From positions 10,912,001-10,976,000 of the forward strand of contig NC_073392.1 of NCBI RefSeq assembly GCF_028641065.1: a stretch of DNA of 64,000 nucleotides, in the 5' to 3' direction. Numbering within the stretch: the stretch's first letter is position 1; every line of letters starts with the position of its first letter. Made by a program: the position numbers and the translations under genes. Positions 1 through 10,799 of the stretch are shown in pieces. The DNA is from Leucoraja erinacea (lineage: Eukaryota). The notes under the pieces were generated by a model. It did no database searches and had not been told where the DNA came from. It was given only the letters and a program-made list of their open reading frames with translations.

Positions 1-1099
1 TTGTATGCACAGCTGCTTTCTGAGAGACCTTGGTTATTATTATGCATGTCTCTTTAACTAGGTACGCTTTTCCTCACCAGAATCGAACTATAACAGAGAG
101 TGGAGTCAAAGCAATGGAAGAGATGCAGGATTTTAGAAGACTGGAACAGGATAATTTGCTGCTACCCAGGATAAGAGCATTTAAATAAATTTTCAATCAA
201 ACCGTTAACTTCTATTTAAATAATTGCATGCATGATCTTTTACCAGCTGAAAAATACAAGCCACCTTGTACTATAAAGAGCCAAAGATTTCAACATATTT
301 CTAAAGAATATCGCTTCATTTGTTTTCACATTAAGGCCCATACCGTGTTTGCCTATTTCACCATCCTGTCCATGCCATTCTAAAGCCTGCAATTATCCTA
401 GTTTTTCCACTCGCCTGAGTTTTGAAAGATTTGCAAACTGCTACTTTAACTCTAGTCTGAGTGTTCTATAAAGCAATTAGTAAGCAATCTAAAACTGAAC
501 AAGGGGCCAAGCCACAGACAACCACACCCCTTTCTGCAGTTAACATTTCAGGTCTGTGACCTTTTTCAGAACTGAGAGATACAAGTTTGTTTTCAGTCAG
601 AGAGAAGGTGAGGTTGGACGTGTAGACCAAAGGTTTTTTCTCTGATCAGGTGAGTTAAAATGAAATTATTAGATTTGCAGACTTAAAACGATGTTTGTTG
701 CTCTCTCCAAAAATGTTGCCTGGCTGATTTTCCAACATTTTTTGTTCAAATATTTAAAATGTAGTCATTCTTAGTCACACTTTCAGACAATATGTTCAAG
801 ATCACAACTAATTGCTACTTAATCAATCTCTGTAAAGCACTTTGGTTCAAATACTGGTTTTGTTGAAAAGTGCTATATAAAGATTATTATTATTATTATT
901 ATTATACACAAGATTTTTGTCGTTACTTGAGATTATTTTTGTCAATCACTGTAAACCATTTCTTTGATCCACTAGCCCCGCCACTAGTGGGAACAGTTTC
1001 TATTTATCCTGTGTTAATCATCACCATTTTGTAGACAACTATCACCCAACCTTACCAATTACAAAATAAATGTAGATTCCATCCTTATTCCTGGAATCA

Positions 1100-1950
1100 A
1101 TCCAAGAAATTTCCCCCACACTTTTCTCAGACATCCTTTCTAATGCTCATAATTGAAAGCAATTTCATAGTTGCGGCTTAACCAGTGCATAACAATAATC
1201 TCCTTGTTTTAATTCTTTATGCCTCTATTTATATAGGGCAAAAACTGAAAGGCTTTATCAAACTCTTCCTCAATTTGTTCTGCCAGTCTCTCACTCACTG
1301 GGATAATTGTACATCAACTCGTATTTCAATGCTTAATCTCACCAGATACACTGACTACCATCATTCACTCATTCATTCATTCTGGGAAATACATTGGCCT
1401 GCATCCTCCTGTTCCCCACTCTCTTTCAGGTCCACATTCCTCCATCCTCTTTACAATCCAACAAATACGTTTTTTTGTCTCTCCAAGTTCTTTCCACCAA
1501 AATGCATCTTTACAATTTTTAGCATTGAATTTCATCTATCACATTGCTGTTCAAATACACTAGCCTTTGTGTATGTTGCAATTCTGTTACAATGTTCCCA
1601 TTGTTTACTATACTTACTATACTGCTGTGTCTTATCTATAAATAAAGATTTTGCCATGCATTCATGTCGATATTTGATAAAATACATTATCAAAAACAGA
1701 AGTAGTCCCAATCTTGACCTTTGAAGGAACAACACTGTAGTTCATTCTCCAGACCAAAAGCTACAATTTGCAACGTTTTGCCCTTCAGACAAGGTTTGTA
1801 TCCTGGCTTCCATTATCATATGGTAATCTGAGGGTTTCAAGATATGCTAATATATATTTACTGTAGTAAACAACTTCTGAAAATCAATAGATATCATGTC
1901 CTACATTGCCTTGCCGAATCCTGTCAACGATTCAGGTTAGCCAAACATAA
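1100..1950 (-). mobile_element. Old, highly decayed CR1-like LINE remnant
   Basis: Degraded antisense traces resembling the CR1 copies elsewhere in the window (e.g. aaacaacttctgaaaatcaatagatatcatgtcctacattgcc; aaacataatttgcctttg). No ORF; boundaries approximate. Confidence 0.45.
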
Positions 1951-2154
1951 TTTGCCTTTGCCCATTTTCGTCTGGCATTCCTTTCTTCATTCTGGTTCCT
2001 CAAGTTATCCCAAAACCCTCTCCCAAGCACCAATTGTTCCTGCAAGCTTCTGGGGTCAAAAGTAACCTGTGCTTGCTGGGTTTGTCCTTGTATCTCTCTT
2101 TGAACACAATTTAAACTTAGAACATTAGCTAAAAGCAGTGGCTTCAACTGCTTA

Positions 2155-3990
2155 TAGGGTACTGACATGGATAGAAAATTGGTTGGCAGACAGGAAACAA
2201 AGAGTAGAAATTAACGGGTCCCTTTCAGAATGGCAGGCAGCGACTAGTGGGGTACCACAAGGCTCGGTGCTGCGACTGCAGCTATTTACAATATACATTC
2301 ATGATTTAGATGACAGGATTAAAAGTAACATTAGCAAATTTGCAGATGACACAAAATTGGGTGGCAGTGTGAATTGTGAGGAGGAGGAAGATGCTATGAG
2401 AATGCAGGGTGACTTGGACAGGTTGAGGGAGTGGGCAGATGCATGGCAGATTAAGTTTAATGCAGATAAATGTGAGGTTATCCACTTTGGTAGCAAAAAC
2501 AGGAAGGCGGATTACTATCTAAATGGCGTCAAGTTTGGAAAAGGGGAAGTACAACAGATCTGGGGGTCCTTGTTCATCAGTCAATTAAAGTAAGCATGCA
2601 GGTACAGCAGGCAGTGAAGAAAGCAAATGGCATGTTGGCCTTTATAACAAGAGGAATCAAATATAGGAGCAAAGAGGTCCTTCTGCAGTTGTACAGAGCC
2701 TTAGTGAGACCACACCTGGAATATTGCGTGCAGTTTTGGTTCCCTAATTTGAGGAAGGACATTCTTGCTATTGAGGGAGTGCAGTGTAGGTTTACAAGGT
2801 TGATTCCCGGGATGGCGGGACTGTCATATGTTGATAGCTTGGAGTAGCTGGGCTTGTATACTCTGGAATTTAGAAGGATGAGAGGGTATCTTATTGAAAT
2901 ATAAGATTATTAAGGGTTTGAACACACTGGAGGTAGGAAAATGTTCCCAATGTTGGGGGAATCCAGAACCAGGGGCCAGTTTCAGAATAAGGGGCAAGCC
3001 ATTTAAAACGAGGACGAGGAAAAACATTTTCACACAGAGGGTTGTGAATCTGCAACATTTTTTGCCTCAGAAGGCAGTGGAGGCCAATTATCTGGATGCT
3101 TTCAAGAGAGAGTTAGATAGAGCTCTTAAAGTTAGCAGTCAGGGGATATGGGGAGAAGGACGGAACGGGGTACTGATTGAGGATGATCACCCGTGATATT
3201 TGACTCAGCATTGAAATTTGACAAACAAGTCAATGCCGTGGTAAAAGCTAGCTTCTTTCAGCTTCAGACAATAGCTAAAATAAAACAATTCCTCCAGTTT
3301 GATGACCTCGAAAAGATCATCCACACATTTATCTCCCCCCGCCTCGATTACTGCAACTCCCTCTACACAGGCATCAGCCAATCTTCCGTTTGGCAGCGAG
3401 ACTCTTGACGGGCACCTGAAAAAGGGACATCACCCCGATCCTGGCCTCTCTCCACTGGCTCCCTGTGCGGTTCCGAATAAATTTCAAGATCCTCCTTTAT
3501 GTCTACAAAGCCCTTAATGGGCTTGCCCCCACCTACATCAAAAGTCTGCTGTAGATGGGGGCAAGCCCACCTCCAGGTCCCTCAGATTGGCCGACTTGGA
3601 GTTACTGAACATCCCGTGGTCTAGGCATAAGCTCAGGGGCGACCGCGCCTTTGCAGTTGCAGCTCCTAGAACAGCATCCCTCTTCCCATCAGAACTGCCC
3701 CCTCCATCGACTCCTTTAAGTCGAGACTTAAAACTCATCTCTACTCCCAAGCCTTTCTTGATGTCCTCTGAGCGAGGGCTATATGTATGTAGTGATGTTT
3801 GTATTTAATCTATGAAACACTGTTGTATAACGTTAGTGCCTCCACCAATGTAAAGCACTTTGGCCAACGAGAGTTGTTTTTTTAAATGTGCTATTTAAAT
3901 AAAAGTGACTTGACTTGACCCATAATCGCAGTGAATGGCAGTGCTGGCTCGAAGGGCCAAATGGCCTACTCTTGCACCTATTGTCTATTT
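2155..3990 (+). mobile_element. 5'-truncated CR1 LINE (RT C-terminus + 3'UTR), interrupted by an L2 insertion
   Basis: ORFs 2138-2593, 2596-2847 and 2894-3196 give SGVPQGSVL, ISKFADDTKLGG and LVRPHLEYCVQFW with frameshifts and stops. The 3'UTR (ggatgatcac...gaatggcagtgctggctcgaagggccaaatggcctactc) resumes at ~3920 after the L2. Confidence 0.93.
3192..3919 (+). mobile_element. L2-clade LINE 3' fragment nested in the CR1 3'UTR
   Basis: IFDSALKFDKQVNAVVKASFFQL...IHTFISPRLDYCNSL and GDRAFAVAAP motifs; ends tgtaaagcactttg...aataaaagtgacttgacttgac, a (GACTT)n tail. Confidence 0.88.
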
Positions 3991-6329
3991 GCTTTCTATG
4001 AAAATCCTTCAGTAGTGACTATTCAATGTTACTGAATGGTGGGGATTCCCAAAATTAATATCTTATAACAACCAGTGTTAGAAAAGGGGAAGAGCACATC
4101 ACAAAACATTAGTAGATCCATGTGGAGACTTTTTCAAAGCCAGCAATGCATACCATCACATTGCTGAAGAGTGCAAAATTCAGGCAAATTCTAGGGTGGA
4201 ATTCTTTAGCTTACACGGTTCCCATTTGTGTATGTACTGTCACAGAATTTCAAGTCCCAAAATAGGTGCACGTTTTCCAACACTTCCACCTTCTGTTTTA
4301 CTATAGGAAAGAACAATGATTGATTACAAACTTGATTTGTTGGTGAAGGATGTTACACAGAACAATGTTGCACAGGAACAAGCCCTTCGGTCCACAATGC
4401 TTGTGTCGAATATGATGCCAAGTTGAACTAATCTCCTCTGCCTGCACATGATCCATCGTCCCCCATTTCCTGTATGTCCATGGGCCTATTTAAAAGTCTC
4501 AAATGCCGCTGTGTTAATACATCTCTGGATGCAGAAAAGTGTGAGTGGTCGTCCTTTTGAATCAATGCCGTTCCTGTGCTCCAATTATGGGATTGGGATA
4601 GGAGGACAAATAAATTCCATCTGATGAAAGATCATTTCTCCTCACAAGTTATGCCTTACATGCATTGTACTGCATTTTCTGATGACATTCTCCAAAGACC
4701 TGCCCTTGGTTTTATATTTCAAAAGTGCCGTGCTGATTTTATGCAATTATCATGGCATTGTCCATATTTTATAATTTAATTTATTCCATTTCTAGATGTA
4801 ACGGTAATTTAATGGATAACATTAGCAAGACCATTAGATATACACATAATAACTTTCTCTCGCGATCCTGCATTCACACAATGCTTCACACAATTTCCTG
4901 TCAACAATGATAATATTCAGCATGTAATTACACCTTGTGACAGAGACTCATTAAGATAATCCATGATTCACATCTGCTAGTTTTGTCTTAGCAGCTCCTC
5001 AGAATTATATATTCAAACTATAAACTGTCATTTGCTTTTACAATAAATCAGTTGAAAATAATAAATGATGCTGTGGGAAAAACAGGACAATAAATCCTAA
5101 CACCCAACCTACTTTGAGTCTAAAGAAGGGTCTTGACCCCAAAAATGTCACCTATTCCTTTTCTCCAGAGATGCTGCCTGACCCTCTGAGTTACTCCAGC
5201 ATTTTGTGTCTATCTTCAGTGTAAAATAGCAGCTGCAGTTTCTTCCTACACATACTAATTTAACTTGGTGATACTTTTCAAGTAGATCTTTGATTAGTCA
5301 CGCTATTCATTTTGTTTTACAGTACTTATACCAATATTGGAAACTCATGAGCAAGCACTGAATGGGCAGGAATAATTTATTGCTAATTAGGAGCCACTGC
5401 TGTAATTGGCAACGTGTCATCTTGGGTTAGATGGCTAGATCCAAGGAGCTGTTTGCTAATCACTCATCTGGCAACCTTCGACCTGCTCTCTCGCCGAAGC
5501 CAGTTCCACATTATGCCACTAGGAGTAAAGAATTACCTGGCATTAGTATCGGTGGGCAAGTGGGCAGCATTCAGTGCATCTGAAAGGCACTTTTAGTGCA
5601 CTAGCGGTGCGAGCCCTCTAGCACAGTAAGACCCTGAAATAGAATAAAGTAGATGCCCAGTCGGAGGAGGAGCTCGATTACCTGATTTTGCTAAATCCCA
5701 TTTAATATCATAATAATGTATTCTCATTGATTACTAAACCCCATTTAATATTACAATGCATCTATGTATATCAAACTTATTTAGCTAACAAAGAGTTAAA
5801 CATTTCTCAACTGCATAACTTGATAAACAAAAGCAAAATAAAGTAAAACTCCATTAAAAATGTACTGCAATGGCATTTTGGTATTATTTTAAAATTCTGT
5901 AGCAGGGAAAGCTGTCTCTCAGAGGTCTCCTGGTGCCCCTTACATCTTGTTTACCTCTAAAGATGGGAGAGACTGGAAAAAGAGGGACAAAAAGTGAAAA
6001 TAGTTGCAAAGATCTTGTTTATTCTTAGATTAACTATGTTCAAGCCAAACATTGAACTCTAAACACTGGCTCAAAATACGAGCCGAGGTCATATTTTGCG
6101 CAATTTTATACTCCACCCTATAATTTATTCATTATAATGTGGCATAGATTTTCAGTTACATTCATATTTTCATAGTAAGTTTACATTGATGTAGCAAGCC
6201 ATAGCCTGAAAGCTTACCCAAAACCATCCAACAATCAGTTTGTAAACAGATAAGAAATTGAGTAGAACTATAAGAAATCATGTCTCCTATACATCCTTTC
6301 CCTGCCCAGCATATCATCGCTTCATGAAA

Positions 6330-6714
6330 ATGGAGGCATGCGACAGATTTAAGCAGTCAGGATGAAGTGAATCGCTCCACGAATATAATTAGTATGGGAC
6401 AATACGCAAGAACGTAATCAGAAGGGCAGAAAAAGAATATGAAACAGAGCTGGCGGGCAAGGTAAAGCAAAACCCTAAGAGACTTTACAAGTATATTAAG
6501 AGTAAAAAAGTGTTGAGGGAATTAATAGGTCCACTTAAAAATAAGCATGGCTGTTTTTGTGTAGAGTCACACGAGATGAGCAGATATTAAGAGAATTTTT
6601 ACTAAGATCATGGCAGTTTAGGAATTGAGGCATGGGTGTTCTAATGTCTTAAGATTAGATATGGATGGTTTTAAAGCACGTTAAAGTGGCAGCATTTCTA
6701 ACTATTGGATTGAA
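6330..6714 (+). mobile_element. Old CR1 ORF2 linker fragment
   Basis: 6420-6510 translates RRAEKEYETELAGKVKQNPKRLYKYIKSKK, typical of the region between CR1 endonuclease and RT. Confidence 0.65.
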
Positions 6715-6719
6715 AGTAT

Positions 6720-7201
6720 TGTAGCGGCAGATATTTATATCGTTCAAGAGATTACTCCCTCTAGCCGCTAAGTGGACTACATGGCTAAGGGGAATGTTGT
6801 TATACACACGTGAGCTCTCCGCTGGGGACCTTTAGAGCTTTTCACAGATAAATTTTCAAAACAGTCTTATGATTAATAGATTCTTTATTGTTGATGAAAA
6901 ACAATAAGGTACACCCAAACTTCTTCCGACTCGTACACTATAATCTTCATTGTACTCCAGCATATCGCTTTAAAGGTTAGAAATTCCCAGTGTCTCTGTT
7001 GCGCTTCGCATGGTCAAAGGGTATACCTTCCCCATGCTGGTCCAAAACTAAACAAAAAACTAAGCTTCTGCGCAAAAAAAGGAGCTCCTAACATGCCCTA
7101 AAATACGTCATAAATCCCACCCACAATATAACGGGCAGTCTAAAATTTAAAGACACATGCCGTAATTAATGACACACAAAACAAGCCAAATGGCTACTGC
7201 A
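6720..7201 (-). mobile_element. Solo LTR (~482 bp) with 5-bp target-site duplication
   Basis: TG...CA termini (TGTAGCGG...GGCTACTGCA); flanked by AGTAT at 6715-6719 and 7202-7206; TTTATT near 6885 is a minus-strand AATAAA. Confidence 0.75.
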
Positions 7202-7513
7202 AGTATCAAAACAGTTTTGATCTTGATGCTGCAAAAAAGCAGGTGGAACTTAAATTCAGCAAACCGCCTGTTTGTAAAGTGTCAATACCCAAGATATGCT
7301 GAAAACTACTCCTGGAGGGTAGGCCACTCCTTGGATCATCCCCCTCGACGATTGAGGGACAGGGGCGTAGGTCTGCCACGGGGTTTACCGGTCGACTCCC
7401 GAGGGGTAGAGATAAGAGTGTCGGTGTGTGTTCTTGAACTGTTGGAATTAAAAAGCTTCTTTTGAATCCGCCTGGCGTCCGGTCTTTTCCTGACCTTGAC
7501 CAGGCCACTACAC

Positions 7514-7531
7514 TGGTGACCCCGACGTGAT
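7514..7531 (+). other. Primer-binding site complementary to the tRNA-Trp 3' end
   Basis: TGGTGACCCCGACGTGAT, 1 nt after the LTR CA end, is the reverse complement of the vertebrate tRNA-Trp 3' end ...AUCACGUCGGGGUCACCA (recalled sequence). Confidence 0.85.
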
Positions 7532-7929
7532 ACCTCGCACAGCAAACTGGGCCTCTGCCTGCTGGAACCAGGTTTCGGGTTCTTCAGTCCATAGAGTTGG
7601 GAGCTTCAGCGCAACAGCGTTATTATCCATCACGACACGTGATGAACGAAGTCGGGGTCACCAGTGTAGTGGCCTGGTCAAGGTCAGGAAAAGACCGGAC
7701 GCCAGGCGGATTCAAAAGAAGCTTTTTAATTCCAACAGTTCAAGAACACACACCTTCGCTGGTGTTCAAACCAGCCGAATCGGCTTGCAGTTTCACCAGA
7801 CCCAAGCGGAGGTCGCTGGCGCTATAACCAGCCTGCAGTTCAACCAGACGCCAGCAAAGCTGGTTGGTGTTATTATCATCGCCGCTGGGGAGCTGCAGCC
7901 AGGCTTTGTTGCCCACCCTGTTCGTTCTC

Positions 7930-7939
7930 GGGAAACTAA
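7930..7939 (+). other. Candidate -1 ribosomal frameshift site at the gag/pol junction
   Basis: Slippery heptamer G GGA AAC directly before the gag stop TAA; the protease ORF continues in the -1 frame (LGKLKGRSSA...). Confidence 0.75.
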
Positions 7940-10799
7940 AGGGCCGGTCGTCAGCGATTCCTTCAGCGGCCGGCACGATTCATCGCGTTTTCGCTTGGGA
8001 TCGCCGCAGTGGGGGACGTTTCCTCGTCGACGCTGGTGCGGAAGTGAGTGTTCTGCCTCCCTCCATCACCGACATCCGGGCGGGCAAACAAGGCCCCCTC
8101 CTCACCGCGGCAAACGGGAGTGCTATTCGCACCTACGGGTTTCGCACCATTCCCCTCAACTTTGGCTGCAACTCGTTTTCGTGGAGGTTCGTCATTGCAG
8201 ACGTTTCCCAGCCGCTGCTGGGCGCAGACTTCCTTAGAGCCCATTCACTGCTCGTGGATGTCAAGCGGCGGCGCCTGATGCACTCCGTCACGCTGGAGCC
8301 AGTCTTCCTCCGTACTGGTGATCCTGTAGTACGCCCTGATGGCCCCCTGTCATCCGCGGATGATTCGGAGATTGCGGTTCTGGCAGTGTTAGAGCAGCTC
8401 ATTGAGGGTTCCTGGTGGCCACTTGCCTTCTTCAGCAGGCATCTCAGTGGACCACAGCGTCGTCACAGCGCCTTCGACCGTGAGCTCCTCGCCCTATATC
8501 TCGCCGTACGCCATTTCCGCTATTTTCTGGTGGGGAGTTCATCCCGCCGGCACGTGGCCAGGTGGAGCAGCCTTCAGAAGCTCTGCAACGTCTTCGGCAG
8601 ACGGTGGGCAAGCTGGTGCCGGTGCCCACTTCTCGTCATGGGTCCTTCCTTCCGCACGTTCCCTCTGCTCTGGAGGACTGCCAGTTTGTTTTTCTGCGCG
8701 GGGATGCACATCGGACACCTCTACAGCGGCCTCTACGAAGGCCCCTTTCGGGTCTTGGAACAAGGCTCGTCGACGTTCGTCCTGGACATGGGGGATCGGC
8801 GGGAGACTGTTTCAGTTGCGCGGTTGAAGCCAGCACATATCGATATCGATCGGCCGGCCCTGGTAGCACTGCCCCGTAAGCGAGGGCGACCTCTGTCTAG
8901 GGTACCTCTCCTTTGGTTACTTCGTACCCCGCACTTGTTGATCAGGCGCCTGTTCCGGGTCCGAGTGTAGTCTGCACCCGGTCTGGCCGTCGTGTACGCT
9001 GTCCGTTTCGTACCTCGGGTACTTGGGGGGGGGTCCTGTGGCGGTCCCTGGGGGGTAGGCCACTCCTTGGATCATCCCCCTCGACGATCGAGGGACAGGG
9101 GCGTAGGTCTGCCACGGGGTTTACCGGTCGACTCCCGAGGGGTAGAGATAAGAGTGTCGGTGTGTGTTCTTGAACTGTTGGAATTAAAAAGCTTCTTTTG
9201 AATCCGCCTGGCGTCCGGTCTTTTCCTGACCTTGACCAGGCCACTACAATACCAATACTGCATTTTCATTTTATTCTGGAGAAATTTCCAATGGAACCAA
9301 ACTCCTTGAGAACGTCTAAATATTACATAATAATTAGGTGCTTCTAAAGTGCCCAATCATAGACAAAATAGGTTAATCATGTTTGTTTTATTAAAAAAAA
9401 CATTGAATAATTTGCTTATCGCTCTTAATTCTGGTTTTGGGTTTGTCATCTGTGTAATTTTCAAGACCACACCTCGCGTGAAATAAACTCTTGCTAAAGC
9501 TTAGTATATTATTTGTTTCAATTACTTAAAAATAAATGGAATTCTTGCATCGCATCTTGCTACGAGACCAAACTTTAACACCGGGGTCATCAGCACACAT
9601 AAACACTGCTATGTAACTTCCTGCATATACTAGAGAGCCTTGCTGGAGAGATAAACTGCCCAAACCCCTCATAATCTCAGGTATCCTGTAGAATTTCCAC
9701 CCAGCAACATGAATTGGAGCTATCATTATTTGGTAAGAAGCCAGCAGACAGCAAGTAGGCTGTTTCAGCTCAATTTGCAGTTACTGCTGCTCGTACACAT
9801 ATCTAAATTCACTGTATCTTATACAATAGAGAGAATAGGAACCAGAAGGAAACAAATCGCTAACAGGAAACTGATCCCTTTACTATTTATAGCATAATAT
9901 AACCAAGGGATCAGGCTGCATTGTCTAGGATTGTAAATCCATTTGTAATTTCACAAGGAAAGAATCAAGAACAGGTACAATGCAAAATACCTTAAATACA
10001 TGCAGTAACCACTGATAGCTGAACTACAGCTGACAAATGCAAATCAGGCATAGAAGACTTATTACAAAGAGCATTTTTTGCATTGATTCTTCAGGAACAG
10101 ACAATAAATTAGCTCCATTTGTCCATATTGTCCAAATGTCTGTGATAAACGTGCATGGTACAAGAGATGAGGTCTGTAGTGCACCTAACGTTGTAGTGTA
10201 CTGATGGAATTATCTGTCAAGCATGGAAGCGGATTACTATTATTTTCTGAGTTTCCCTTAACTCTTTTCACAATTATTTTAAACCATGCAAAATGTCTGC
10301 AGGTTCAAAATACCTGGGGTATCTGGGCACAGCAACAAATAACATTAGATTTTATGATGATTTTTGAACAAAATAAATGCATGGAGCATTGGCAGTGTAA
10401 ATAGTTATTCTTCAACATGCTGTGTCTACTATGCATGATAGATGACATGAAACATTATTATTTTATATTTGAACAAAAGGATCTATGGTGCAGGGTTGGT
10501 ACATTCCAAGGAGCTCAGAACATTCGTGCTGATTTCTGCCTGTTTACATCCATTCTTGGATATGGTAAATAAAATTGTTAGGAAATTGTAAAGTAAATAT
10601 AGAATTGGGAAATGTTGCATGCAATTTCCCAATTCCTGCCCCATTGGAAATTCCGCCCAAGTCAAAGACGAAAATCTAATGGTGAGATGAATAAACAATC
10701 GAATTGTCCAAGCAGATCAATAGCATGAAGAAAGTCAAGAAACTATTACCAATTATTAAATTCCAGATTTATGGGTATCAAAATAAATTGCAAGGATAC

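Larger units (their letters stand above)
7311..9248 (+). mobile_element. Internally deleted and rearranged Ty3/Gypsy LTR retrotransposon
   Basis: Near-identical LTRs at 7311-7512 (first ~10 nt missing) and 9037-9248 (TG...CA). tRNA-Trp PBS at 7514-; G-rich PPT ~9025-9033. Gag C-terminus GWCYYHRRWGAAARLCCPPCSFSGN*; protease FLVDAGAEVSVLP...LLGADFL; RNase H WPLAFFSR...SAFDRELLALYLAVRHFRYFL; post-integrase YEGPFRVL...VARLKPAH. RT and integrase cores absent. Confidence 0.93.

Noticed and set aside
1185-1724. 179-aa ORF
   Set aside because: Non-ATG start, low-complexity composition, overlaps a decayed antisense LINE remnant.
7864-8970. 368-aa ORF as a domesticated protease gene
   Set aside because: Fusion of deleted Gypsy pol pieces between LTRs, with altered catalytic motif and out-of-frame stretches.
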